Source of the DNA: Balanoglossus misakiensis
Taxonomy: Eukaryota > Animalia > Hemichordata
DNA: 64,000 bases
Assembly (NCBI GenBank): GCA_040954595.2
Contig: CM082596.2
Coordinates: 9,754,461-9,818,460 of the forward strand
Direction of reading: 5' to 3'
Both the position numbers and the translations under genes were made by a program. Below are positions 1 to 10,867 of this stretch, in pieces; position 1 is the first letter of the stretch, and every line of letters begins with the position of its first letter. The notes under the pieces were generated by a model. That model did no database searches, was not told the DNA's origin, and saw only the letters and a list, made by a program, of their open reading frames with translations.

Positions 1-830
1 TTATGAGCTATCTCCCTCTTAGCAGCTAAATGTTTAAGGTGTGTATCTATATGTCTTGTCCTCCCTTCAACTGGCTGGAATTCAACATCCATGGGCAATG
101 TGGGATGCCGACCTTATAACACATAATACGGGCTGAACCCACTGGACTCTTGAGGACTAACTCTATACGCGAAAAGCACTGAACTTAGGTACCGATACCA
201 ATCTTTCTGTTTATTATCGACAAACATGGACAGCATGTCGACTAGGCAACCATTGAAACGTTCTGTAAGGCCATTGGTCTGTGGACGATAAGGGGTAGAA
301 ACTTTACTCTGGATGTTGAAATATTTGCAAGTTTCGTGAACTACCTGGGATAAAAAAATTCGATCCCTCATTACTCAGCAAAACTCTGGGGCTTCCATAA
401 GTAGCAATTACTTCATCAAACAAGATCTTAGCAACTGTCAGCTCGTGCATTACGTAATGGATATGCTACTGGAAACTTAGTAAAGTAATGAGTAAGTACT
501 AAGATGTATTTATGGCCATCATAAGTTCTAGGGAGGGGTCCCACAATATCCATACCCAGTCGGTCCCAGGGTCCTGATACTGGAATAGGTAACAACTTAG
601 CATGAGTAGGGGGTGTGGCTCTCTTTCGTGTGTGACAATGTGCGCATGTCTTTACGTACATGTCAACATCCCGGGGCATCCTTTCCCAAAAATACCTCTG
701 TCTTAAAACTCCCAACGTTTTAGTGTATCCTAAATGTCCCGCTAAAACACAATCATGAGCCCACCGCAGCACATAATTTCTTGAGGACTTAGTTATCACA
801 ACCTGTCTAACACAATCTAATTAACCAGCT
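1..830 (-). mobile_element. Ty3/Gypsy integrase fragment (HHCC zinc finger + catalytic core), frameshifted
   Basis: ORFs 428..799 (AHDCVLAGHLG..KT, CAHC, PW..LGMDIVGPLP) and 114..371 (TPYRPQTNGLTERFN) carry typical Gypsy integrase motifs. Bases 1-610 recur at about 5882-6520 and 9527-10860. Confidence 0.92.
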
Positions 831-899
831 GATTTCCCCTTGTTTCCAAAGATGGAAGAGAATAATCTAACGGGAGATGGGAGTACCTCAGGCTACTGA

Positions 900-1385
900 G
901 TTCGTTCCCTTCCTCATGTACTTTACTGGGCGTATTTGATGTACTATAATAATTATGGATAATAAATGAACGTGGATCAGGTACGTGTCTCCATGGATCA
1001 CCTGGAAGTGAAATGGTTATTCCAGTGAAAGTGCCGTATAAATATTTTACTGGAGTTTTAGATTTTATTTCTGATAAACGAACACGATTAACGCCGGCTA
1101 TTTTGGCAGCTTAGGTGTTGGCCTATTCGAATAAGAATTTTCTTCCCATGCGAGTTGTAAACACTTTGGATACAGTGGTCAAAATTAAGAAAAACAGTGT
1201 TGTTGGAAAGTTTTCGCCCTTGCCCTGTAATAGTCGAATAATCCCACTCGATAATAATGCCATTAATTGTGTCTCACCTGAAGGGCCCCATACACAGAAA
1301 GAGACGGATTATTTGATGGGTCAATTGAAGCTTAATGAATTAGAGATAACTAAGGCTCAGCGTAAACAGCTTAGAGATGTTTACT
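900..1385 (+). mobile_element. Gypsy pol fragment (region between protease and RT), degenerate
   Basis: ORF 1115..1396 ends in ..ELEITKAQRKQLRDV, the usual lead-in to Gypsy RT. The RT resumes at about 2665, after the Penelope insertion. Confidence 0.6.
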
Positions 1386-2662
1386 GCACAATATAGAAGC
1401 TTTTGTTTCAGGGCAAGGGGCTATAATCCACATAAGATCGACCATGACATCAACAAAGCTAAGAACCTAGACAGAAAACAACTCATCAACGCCAACCACT
1501 CGAGCCCCAGACGACACAACCAAAGAATTCCCTTGGTTGTCACCTTCAATCCTGTCCTCCCCAAAATTTCCGACATTCTCACCAAACACTGGCGCATTAT
1601 TTCCAATGACACAGAAATAAACAAGGCCATTAAGGAATTACCAATAACAGCGTACAAACAATCCCCCAACATGAGGAAGATCCTTGTAAGAGCAAACCTG
1701 AAAACCACACCCATCGATCGCACTACTGGCGACACCAAACGATGTGGCAAATGCAACCAATGTCCCTTTATTTCAGAAACAGACACCATCACAAGTACAC
1801 ACACCGGCAAAACCCACAAAGTCATTGGGAACATCAAATGCACTACCCGCAACCTTATCTACATCATAACCTGCCAGAAATGCCTAAAACAATATATAGG
1901 CGAAACAAAAAGAGAATTCAAACGACGCCTATATGAACACATCTACACCATCAAAAATAACAAACCCACCCCTGTCTCAGAACATTTTAACCAACCTGGT
2001 CACAACCTCAGTCACTTTCATGCCAGTGGCCTCTGCAAAATGTTCAGCCCCAACACACAAACCCGACGTCAAAAAGAACTCTACTTCATTACTGAGTTTG
2101 GTACCCTATCGCCAAATGGTATCAACCGTAAGGAGGGATGATGCCTCCATACCATGTTCCTCTATTCTCATCTCACCTGGGGGGTCTACATTTGATCTTT
2201 CTGCCCCACACTAGGGAGTCAGTTTCCAACACCATCACTGTACTTCTCGATACGCTGCAACTTCGTATCAAGGTTGGTTTCTCTCTTCATTCTACACATA
2301 TATAGTGATTTTATTCCCATGAAATGTACAACTTTTGTCATTACCATTCATTTTTTAACCTCTAGTCACACAGAGACGCCTTTTATTGTAATGCCAATTT
2401 TGTTAATTTTCTGAAATTTACTGCTTTTTACCACATACCTATTTTAACCGATTCCTATCGTGTTTTATTTGTTTCCATTAGTATACCCTGAAGAAGGCAG
2501 TCTGTGTACTGCCGAAACGTTGGTTTTAAATAAAGATCATTCAGAAGACAGGAACTACGGTCGAGCATATTTTATATTTTACACTCTGTTCTACGTCCGA
2601 TGTGCTCCCGCCTTCCGCTGAAAACTTCGATAGTTGTAGTTGGACTGACTTTCCTACCTACC
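1385..2662 (+). mobile_element. 5'-truncated Penelope-like retroelement (GIY-YIG endonuclease + 3' pseudo-LTR region) inserted in Gypsy pol
   Basis: ORF 1377..2141 has C..C..C, NLIYIITC..C..QYIGETKR, R..EH, V.EHFN and the P.G.N terminus of the PLE GIY-YIG domain. A hammerhead and AATAAA follow. Boundaries are approximate. Confidence 0.9.
2486..2523 (+). ncRNA. Minimal type I hammerhead ribozyme motif (PLE-associated)
   Basis: cc-CTGAAGA-a-GGCAGT(ctgtgt)ACTGCC-GAAA-CGTT-gg. Both core boxes are present, helix II is a perfect 6 bp, and helix III is the palindromic AACGTT. Confidence 0.85.
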
Positions 2663-3400
2663 CTTTTGTTGAGTCTAGTGGTCGTTTAGGTAACTGTGAT
2701 GTAATCAAACATAGAATACGATTACAAGAGGGCGCTGCCCCGTTCCGTCGACCTTACCGAGTAACGCTTGAGAAAAGACGTGAACTTGAGCGACAAGTTG
2801 ATCAGCTGTTAGAACTACATATTATCGAGTCGTCTACTTCACCGATTGCTAGTCCAATAATTTTAGTCAAAAAGCCTGATGGTTCGTGGCGTTTTTGCAC
2901 AGATTTCCGTCATTTAAAAAATATTACAGTGCCTGATTCGTTTCCCTTACCCAGAACGGACGAATATCTTGAAATGTTAGGCAAGAATAAGCCTCAGTAT
3001 TTTTCGACGCTAGACTTACAGTCAGGATTTTTTCAATTGGAATTAGATGAAGAGAGTACACCAAAAACAGCTTTTGTCACACATCAAGGTTTATATCAAT
3101 ACAGGAGACTTGCCCAGGGGTTGCGAAATAGTCCCATGGACAGGTCCTTACATTATTTCTGTGAAGGTGGGTCCTATTAATTACAAGTTACGTTTCATAT
3201 ATAGCACCAGGAATTATCGCAAAGTCATACATGTGAATAGACTAAAAAGAGCTTATTTGCACCACTCCGACTTTGACTCATCCTCATCTGATGAGTCGTG
3301 TGAAGAAAACGGTGTCCCAGAAACCACAAATTATGAAAATGATACCCTAGAATTGGTGCTTGACACAGAACATGTTTTAATTTCTCGAATGCATGTTCGC
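2663..3400 (+). mobile_element. Gypsy RT N-terminal half joined directly to the post-integrase C-terminal region
   Basis: RPYR, SPIILVKKPDGSWRFCTDFR, FPLP, YFSTLDLQSGF, TAFVT, GLRNSP, then at 3137 an abrupt switch to WTGPY..KVGPINYKL..VIHVNRLK. Confidence 0.9.
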
Positions 3401-4239
3401 ATCTATCATCTCATTCAAATTTCGTGTCCTTTCCCAACAATTTATGTATAGGCCTAGCAATGATCGAGAAATTCTTTATAAACTTTCTAAAATAATTGGG
3501 CCAACCCAAAAATTATTTCAACTGTGTGACAGTATGAGGACGGGGATATTCTTTAACAACTGTTACTTTACTCTTGTCAGCCGCAATTCCATCCTTACCA
3601 GTAGGACAAACCTCCAAATTTAGCGACTGCCTACAATATGTCTGCGCATGCTCACACCCTGTATTTGCATATACTGACGTCCCTGGCATGGAAATGCGGA
3701 AGTATTTGTCGAAGTTCGCGCTTGGATGTTATCGGCCTGCTTTTGATGTTATGTACATCGACTTTCGGGTATTTTCGGTTTGAACTTGTATGTCACACCC
3801 TCCCTTCCAGCATGGTGTCGTGTAAACAGGGTAAGTAAAAAAATTCAGTCGAATTTCATGAAAATCGATGTCCGTGTGACCATTTGCCCGCCATGATTCG
3901 AATCGACATAACAAGCAATAGAACGTACCAGTTTAAAAACCATCGATCTGAACCTTCTATACCTAGTTTAAGTCATGTTGAATGAAACAATGTCTTCAAA
4001 CAGCAGATAATCTAATGGGGGACAATGGAGGACGGTTTTTGCGAATGGTTTGCTCACTTCCGGTGTGCTAGATTTGTCAAAGCGCGTTTTCACGTGTACG
4101 GGTATAGGTACATGCATGTACCTATTTCACTTGAACTTGTTTTCCAATGTTTTGAAAGGATCGGGTAGGTGACGTTGCTTTCTGAACCGTGCCTCTTTCT
4201 TCCCCAACAGGTCCAACTACACGTGGTCCTAGTGGCCAA

Positions 4240-4410
4240 GTTATCAACGTGATTTTTGAAAACCTGATATGGTAATTTATCACTTCCTACAGTTTTCCTA
4301 AGTTTGGAGTGATTAACAACTTTGGTTACCTCCTCAAGTAAGATGTTATGATTTAAAACAGTACTATGATGGTAGCCTTCTGTCAACTGCATTTCTAGTT
4401 TCATTTCATG
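4240..4410 (-). mobile_element. Decayed LINE ORF2 fragment (pre-RT region), duplicated at about 7885-8055
   Basis: ILLEEVTKVVNHSKLRKTVGSDKLPYQVFK resembles the 'EEV..L...KA.G.D.IP.E.LK' LINE motif. Confidence 0.55.
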
Positions 4411-5493
4411 TTAGTAATGTGTGGTTCAGTTGCTATTTACATTACACAGAGACTATGAAGCCCTTTCTGAATTCCATTGTTCTCAATAAATTACACAAAC
4501 ACATGATGTACAGAAATGAATATATTTAAATCTTTATTTCTTAAAACCTGGCAACAAACAAACAAATAAGTGTGTATAAACATGAATAAATATTTCAACT
4601 TTTAATAAAAAATATGGTCTCTTGATTCATTTTTGATCAGCCCCCTTCCCCCATCATTGATTCTACTCATGTAAATGTGTTTGCTAGCATAATTTAGACG
4701 GCGTCGCTGTTCACTAAATATTCTATCTTTAACTTCTTCTTGCCGTAAGTCTTCTTATTCCCCACTTCACTATTCCTGTCTGGTGTCTTTTCATTTGACT
4801 GAAGGTGAAAAGTGTAAAGACGTTGTTAATGCGCTTGACACACATGCAGTAAATAATAAGGTGTAAATATAAATATGTGAACAGCGTCAACAAGGTTATT
4901 ATGTTCAAATACTAGTATATGATGATGCGGACAAACAACTTTGCTCACTGGACGATGCTGACATGGTCATGGTAATTATCTGATCACATGCTTTGTTTAT
5001 CAACGTACACCCAGGTATTTCAGGCTATAACTATGGCGAAAACTGTGTGTAATGCTATTCAACCGGACTTAGAAACGTGTGAAAAGTTGCTCCTAGTGAC
5101 GGTATGGTGTTCGCATGTCAAAGTTCCGCGAACACAGTGTATGTACACACTGGCATTTCATTTCGATGGCACTCCATTTCTTCCAGATAATACAAAAAAC
5201 ACAATCAATGCATGTTCTAAACACACTACGACCAATTCAAATTATCATGAAAATGTATTACCGTTGATGGTTGCTCCATTATCCTGCCCGGGATTAAAGA
5301 CTGGGTCGATTATCCACGCAACAGAAGATAGACCGTCGACCGCCATGTGATGTTCCATAACATAACCTGGGTCAGATGACGTGACCTTTGTTCAGCTTCC
5401 GGCAACATGTCATATCGCACATGCGCGTTGGAGCTAAACACTAAGTAGCTAATTAGTTGCGCATACGCAAGTCGCTAAATTTGGAGGTTTGTC

Positions 5494-6520
5494 CTACTGC
5501 TTACTGATAACATGACCCCAAAATTTAACACTCTTTCTCATAAATTGACATTTGCTGGGTTTTAATTTCAATCCAGCTTGACGTAACCTGGTTTGGACAG
5601 TATCAATGTGTTGTAGATGCTCCTCAAAAGAGCTGCTTAATATAATAATATCATCAATATAACAAAGCACATATTGCCACATAATATTGCGTAACACGTG
5701 TTGCATAGTACGCTGAAAACAACTGCACTTATGTACGAATTTCTTATTAACTGCTGGTTTAACAGGAGGTGTGTATAAATATACAGGATCCCCCACTTTA
5801 AGATTTTGCGACCGTTGGATATTTTTATCATAACGGTCCTTCATATTCTGTTGATATCGATCTGTATTCTCTTTGGCGATTTTATGAGCTATCTCCCTTT
5901 TAGCAGCTAAATGTTTAAGGTGTGTATCTATATTTCTCGTCCTCCCCTCAACTGGCTGGAATTCAACATCCATGGGCAATGTGGGATGCCGACCTTATAA
6001 CACATAATACGGGCTGAACCCACTGGACTCTTGAGGACTAACTCTATACGCGAAAAGCACTGAACTTAGGTACCGATACCAATCTTTCTGTTTATTATCG
6101 ACAAACATGGACAGCATGTCGACTAGGCAACCATTGAAACGTTCTGTAAGGCCATTGGTCTGTGGACGATAAGGGGTAGAAACTTTACTCTGAATGTTGA
6201 AATATTTGCAGGTTTCGTGAACTACCTGGGATAAAAAAAATCGATCCCTCATTACTCAGCAAAACTCTGGGGCTTCCATAAGTAGCAATTACTTCATCAA
6301 ACAAGATCTTAGCAACTGTCTCAGCTCGTGCATTACGTAATGGATATGCTAATGAAAACTTTGTAAAGTAATGAGTAAGTACTAAGAAGTAAAGTAATGA
6401 GTAAGTACTAAGATGTATTTATGACCATCATAAGTTCTAGGGAGGGGTCCCACAATATCCATACCCAGTCGGTCCCAGGGTCCTGAAACTGGAATTGGTA
6501 ACAACTTAGCATGAGTAGGG
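5494..6520 (-). mobile_element. Gypsy integrase core and C-terminus fused to the RT C-terminal half (scrambled order)
   Basis: ORFs 6382..6615 and 5995..6252 are integrase. ORF 5494..5979 is the integrase tail ..KKFVHK followed by SCFQRTM..YIDDII..LKLKPSKCQF..GHVIS. Confidence 0.9.
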
Positions 6521-6525
6521 TGTGT

Positions 6526-7231
6526 TGTTCTCACACACAAAAAATAGAAAAAAAGTGGTCTCGAACCAAGATCAGTTGACACCTTCAGGTAAAAGGCTAG
6601 CCTTCCTGAAACCATTCGCCATCACGATGTGTACTCGAAAAAGTCGGAAATTTTCCGCACTATATTGCAGCATTACTCCAATGATCTTATTTGCACCGCA
6701 GCGATGCATATACGAGTTCCCTGCACCGCAGCGGTGCGAATAAGAGTTTCCTACCCCGCAACGATCTGACCGTTCTTTATTCACTCCTCGGCGACAAAAA
6801 TGTTTTATTACGGCCTAAATAACGACTTTTTCGCTCCTTGGTTGGTCATGCGGACGGAAAGACACGGTTTTAGCGAGTTTATTTTTCTCTCTGCTGAGCA
6901 CTCCGTATTCAGACTTGCCCAAGTGAACCACGACAAAAAATGACCAAGTTTCCCTGCATGTTTCTTGTACCCGACAGATAAAAAACGCAGCGTAGATATT
7001 GAAATGAATTGGATTTATGAAAATGATAAAAATTACAATGGTAATGTCGTTAAAAGTTCTCACAAAAAAAAAATAGAAAAAAAAAGTGGTCACGAACGGA
7101 CATCAGTTGACACCTTCAGGTAAAAGGCTAGCCTTCCTGAACCATTCGCCATCACGATGTGTACTCGAAAAAGTCGGAAATTTTCCGCACTATATTGCAG
7201 CATAACTCCAATGATCTTATTTGCACCGCAA
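6526..7231. repeat. About 1.3 units of the 533-bp satellite
   Basis: Same sequence as the units at 10868-13113 (catcagttgacaccttcaggtaaaaggctagcc at about 6570 and 7101). Confidence 0.9.
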
Positions 7232-7536
7232 TGTTGATATGGAGACAGAATCAGTGTGGTCTCCCTCAACGTCTGGTTCAGTCCCATCAATCAATCAATC
7301 AAGCAACAAAGTTTATATAGCGCCAAAATCCCCCCCCCATGCTCTACAGTTGTAGCCGTTATAGTAGGGTTTTCCTTCAAGATGAAACCAGACACGCTCT
7401 CAGTGCCCTTGTAATCAGGGATGTCTGTCAGAACTTCGTTATCTGTCGTTTCGTATCGCTGCATTACGGTTAACTCTAACGGGGATTCTGTTTCAGTCAT
7501 TCTAGTTACAGATTTAGTATCAGCGCCAGTATCTTC
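7232..7536 (-). pseudogene. Duplicated fragment of the Thr/Ser-rich exon of the lectin-like gene
   Basis: Near-identical to 16849-17154 (LELTVMQRYETTDNEVLTDIPDYKGTESVSGFILKENP). Confidence 0.9.
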
Positions 7537-9138
7537 GAATCTTCGAATCGACATAACAAGCAATAGAACGTACCAGTTTAAAAACCATCGATCTGAACCT
7601 TCTATACCTAGTTTAAGTCATGTTGAATGAAACAATGTCTTCAAACAGCAGATTATCAAATAGGGGACAATGGAGGACGGTTTTTGCGAATGGTTTGCTC
7701 ACTTCCGGTGTGCTCGATTTGTCAAAGCGCGTTTTCACGTGTACGGGTATAGGTACATGCATGTACCTATTTCAATTGAACTTGTTTTCCAATGTTTTGA
7801 AAGGATCGGGTAGGTGACGTTGCTTTCTGAACCGTGCCTCTTTCTTCCCCAACAGGTCCAACTACACGTGGTCCTAGTGGCCAAGTTATCAACGTGATTT
7901 TTGAAAACCTGATATGGTAATTTATCACTTCCTACAGTTTTCCTAAGTTTGGAGTGATTAACAACTTTGGTTACCTCCTCAAGTAAGATGTTATGATTTA
8001 AAACAGTACTATGATGGTAGCCTTCTGTCAACTGCATTTCTAGTTTCATTTCATGTTAGTAATGTGTGGTTCAGTTGCTATTTACATTACACAGAGACTA
8101 TGAAGCCCTTTCTGAATTCCATTGTTCTCAATAAATTACACAAACACATGATGTACAGAAATGAATATATTTAAATCTTTATTTCTTAAAACCTGGCAAC
8201 AAACAAACAAATAAGTGTGTATAAACATGAATAAATATTTCAACTTTTAATAAAAAATATGGTCTCTTGATTCATTTTTGATCAGCCCCCTTCCCCCATC
8301 ATTGATTCTACTCATGTAAATGTGTTTGCTAGCATAATTTAGACGGCGTCGCTGTTCACTAAATATTCTATCTTTAACTTCTTCTTGCCGTAAGTCTTCT
8401 TATTCCCCACTTCACTATTCCTGTCTGGTGTCTTTTCATTTGACTGAAGGTGAAAAGTGTAAAGACGTTGTTAATGCGCTTGACACACATGCAGTAAATA
8501 ATAAGGTGTAAATATAAATATGTGAACAGCGTCAACAAGGTTATTATGTTCAAATACTAGTATATGATGATGCGGACAAACAACTTTGCTCACTGGACGA
8601 TGCTGACATGGTCATGGTAATTATCTGATCACATGCTTTGTTTATCAACGTACACCCAGGTATTTCAGGCTATAACTATGGCGAAAACTGTGTGTAATGC
8701 TATTCAACCGGACTTAGAAACGTGTGAAAAGTTGCTCCTAGTGACGGTATGGTGTTCGCATGTCAAAGTTCCGCGAACACAGTGTATGTACACACTGGCA
8801 TTTCATTTCGATGGCACTCCATTTCTTCCAGATAATACAAAAAACACAATCAATGCATGTTCTAAACACACTACGACCAATTCAAATTATCATGAAAATG
8901 TATTACCGTTGATGGTTGCTCCATTATCCTGCCCGGGATTAAAGACTGGGTCGATTATCCACGCAACAGAAGATAGACCGTCGACCGCCATGTGATGTTC
9001 CATAACATAACCTGGGTCAGATGACGTGACCTTTGTTCAGCTTCCGGCAACACGTCATATCGCACATGCGCGTTGGAGCTAAACACTAAGTAGCTAATTA
9101 GTTGCGCATACGCAAGTCGCTAAATTTGGAGGTTTGTC

Positions 9139-10860
9139 CTACTGCTTACTGATAACATGACCCCAAAATTTAACACTCTTTCTCATAAATTGACATTTGC
9201 TGGGTTTTAATTTCAATCCAGCTTGACGTAACCTGGTTTGGACAGTATCAATGTGTTGTAGATGCTCCTCAAAAGAGCTGCTTAATATAATAATATCATC
9301 AATATAACAAAGCACATATTGCCACATAATATTGCGTAACACGTGTTGCATAGTACGCTGAAAACAACTGCACTTATGTACGAATTTCTTATTAACTGCT
9401 GGTTTAACAGGAGGTGTGTATAAATATACAGGATCCCCCACTTTAAGATTTTGCGACCGTTGGATATTTTTATCATAACGGTCCTTCATATTCTGTTGAT
9501 ATCGATCTGTATTCTCTTTGGCGATTTTATGAGCTATCTCCCTCTTAGCAGCTAAATGTTTAAGGTGTGTATCTATATTTCTTGTCCTCCCCTCAACTAG
9601 CTGGAATTCAACATCCATGGGCAATGTGGGATGCCGACCTTATAACACATAATACGGGCTGAACCCACTGGACTCTTGAGGACTAACTCTATACGCGAAA
9701 AGCACTGAACTTAGGTACCGATACCAATCTTTCTGTTTATTATCGACAAACATGGACAGCATGTCGACTAGGCAACCATTGAAACGTTCTGTAAGGCCAT
9801 TGGTCTGTGGACGATAAGGGGTAGAAACTTTACTCTGAATGTTGAAATATTTGCAGGTTTCGTGAACTACCTGGGATAAAAAAAATCGATCCCTCATTAC
9901 TCAGCAAAACTCTGGGGCTTCCATAAGTAGCAATTACTTCATCAAACAAGATCTTAGCAACTGTCTCAGCTCGTGCATTACGTAATGGATATTGTTACGA
10001 TTGTACTACGAATGCATATAATTTAAATATCAGTGGTGGATGAACAATAAGGGTGTACGTCATTAACATAGCGTTAGCTGTAGTAGCCGAACACCTGTGT
10101 ATTTAGAAAATTACGTTAGGCTTTTGATTTTTGACTCTCGGCAACGGCAGTCAAGTGGCGTGAGCCGTCCAGAAAACAGACAAGTTGAGCTCGGCCATGA
10201 GCGACGGGGACTGGAATCTTGTAATCCACGTGGGAGCTCGGTGTTGAAGTTCAGCACGTCGGTATGTCCTGTTGGTTTGAATTCAGCGTTGCTCTCGGAC
10301 TTAAAATGCATGTCTACGCCTGCAACTGTAAGTGAAGTGAACCTGTTACTTTCTTCTGAGAGGACTTCAGGAAAGAAATGTGTGAGAAAGCAGCACGCCA
10401 GCGTGAACCAGCGTCGGGTCGGTGCGGAGAACTCACGGAACACTGAATTATCGCGTCCGCTCACCACGTGTGTAATATTACCACGGAACTGATACAAGTT
10501 TCTTGAGGACATTACAATATTTCAGTAAGAACCCTAGTAACATTTAAGTTTCAGTGCTTGTACTATGATATTATTTTTCTTCCTGTGACAAATAGATTCG
10601 CAGTGAAACATATAACTTTGGGTGTACTGTGTATCATTGTTGTTGCTGTCTGGGTGTTTGTGTTGCGAGTTTTCGGTTCGTAACAATATGCTAATGAAAA
10701 CTTTGTAAAGTAATGAGTAAGTACTAAGAAGTAAAGTAATGAGTAAGTACTAAGATGTATTTATGACCATCATAAGTTCTAGGGAGGGGTCCCACAATAT
10801 CCATACCCAGTCGGTCCCAGGGTCCTGAAACTGGAATTGGTAACAACTTAGCATGAGTAG
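9139..10860 (-). mobile_element. Second copy of the scrambled Gypsy integrase/RT fragment, interrupted by a solo LTR
   Basis: ORFs 9139..9624, 9640..9897 and 10724..10957 match copy 1 almost exactly. Confidence 0.9.
9993..10685. mobile_element. Solo LTR, 693 bp, with 4-bp TSD ATAT
   Basis: Termini TGTTACGA...TCGTAACA, with ATAT at 9989-9992 and 10686-10689. The empty site ggATATgctaatg is present in copy 1 at about 6342-6354. Confidence 0.92.
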
Positions 10861-10867
10861 GGTGTGT

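Larger units (their letters stand above)
3897..7541. repeat. Tandem segmental duplication, copy 1 (3645-bp offset)
   Basis: ORF pairs 4090/7735, 4988/8633, 5494/9139 and 5995/9640 are all offset by 3645 and nearly identical. Confidence 0.95.

Noticed and set aside
4988-5350. 120-aa ORF repeated at 8633
   Set aside because: Identity reflects the recent duplication; no domain features.
10097-10512. 131/133-aa antiparallel ORFs
   Set aside because: They lie within the solo LTR and have no recognisable motifs.
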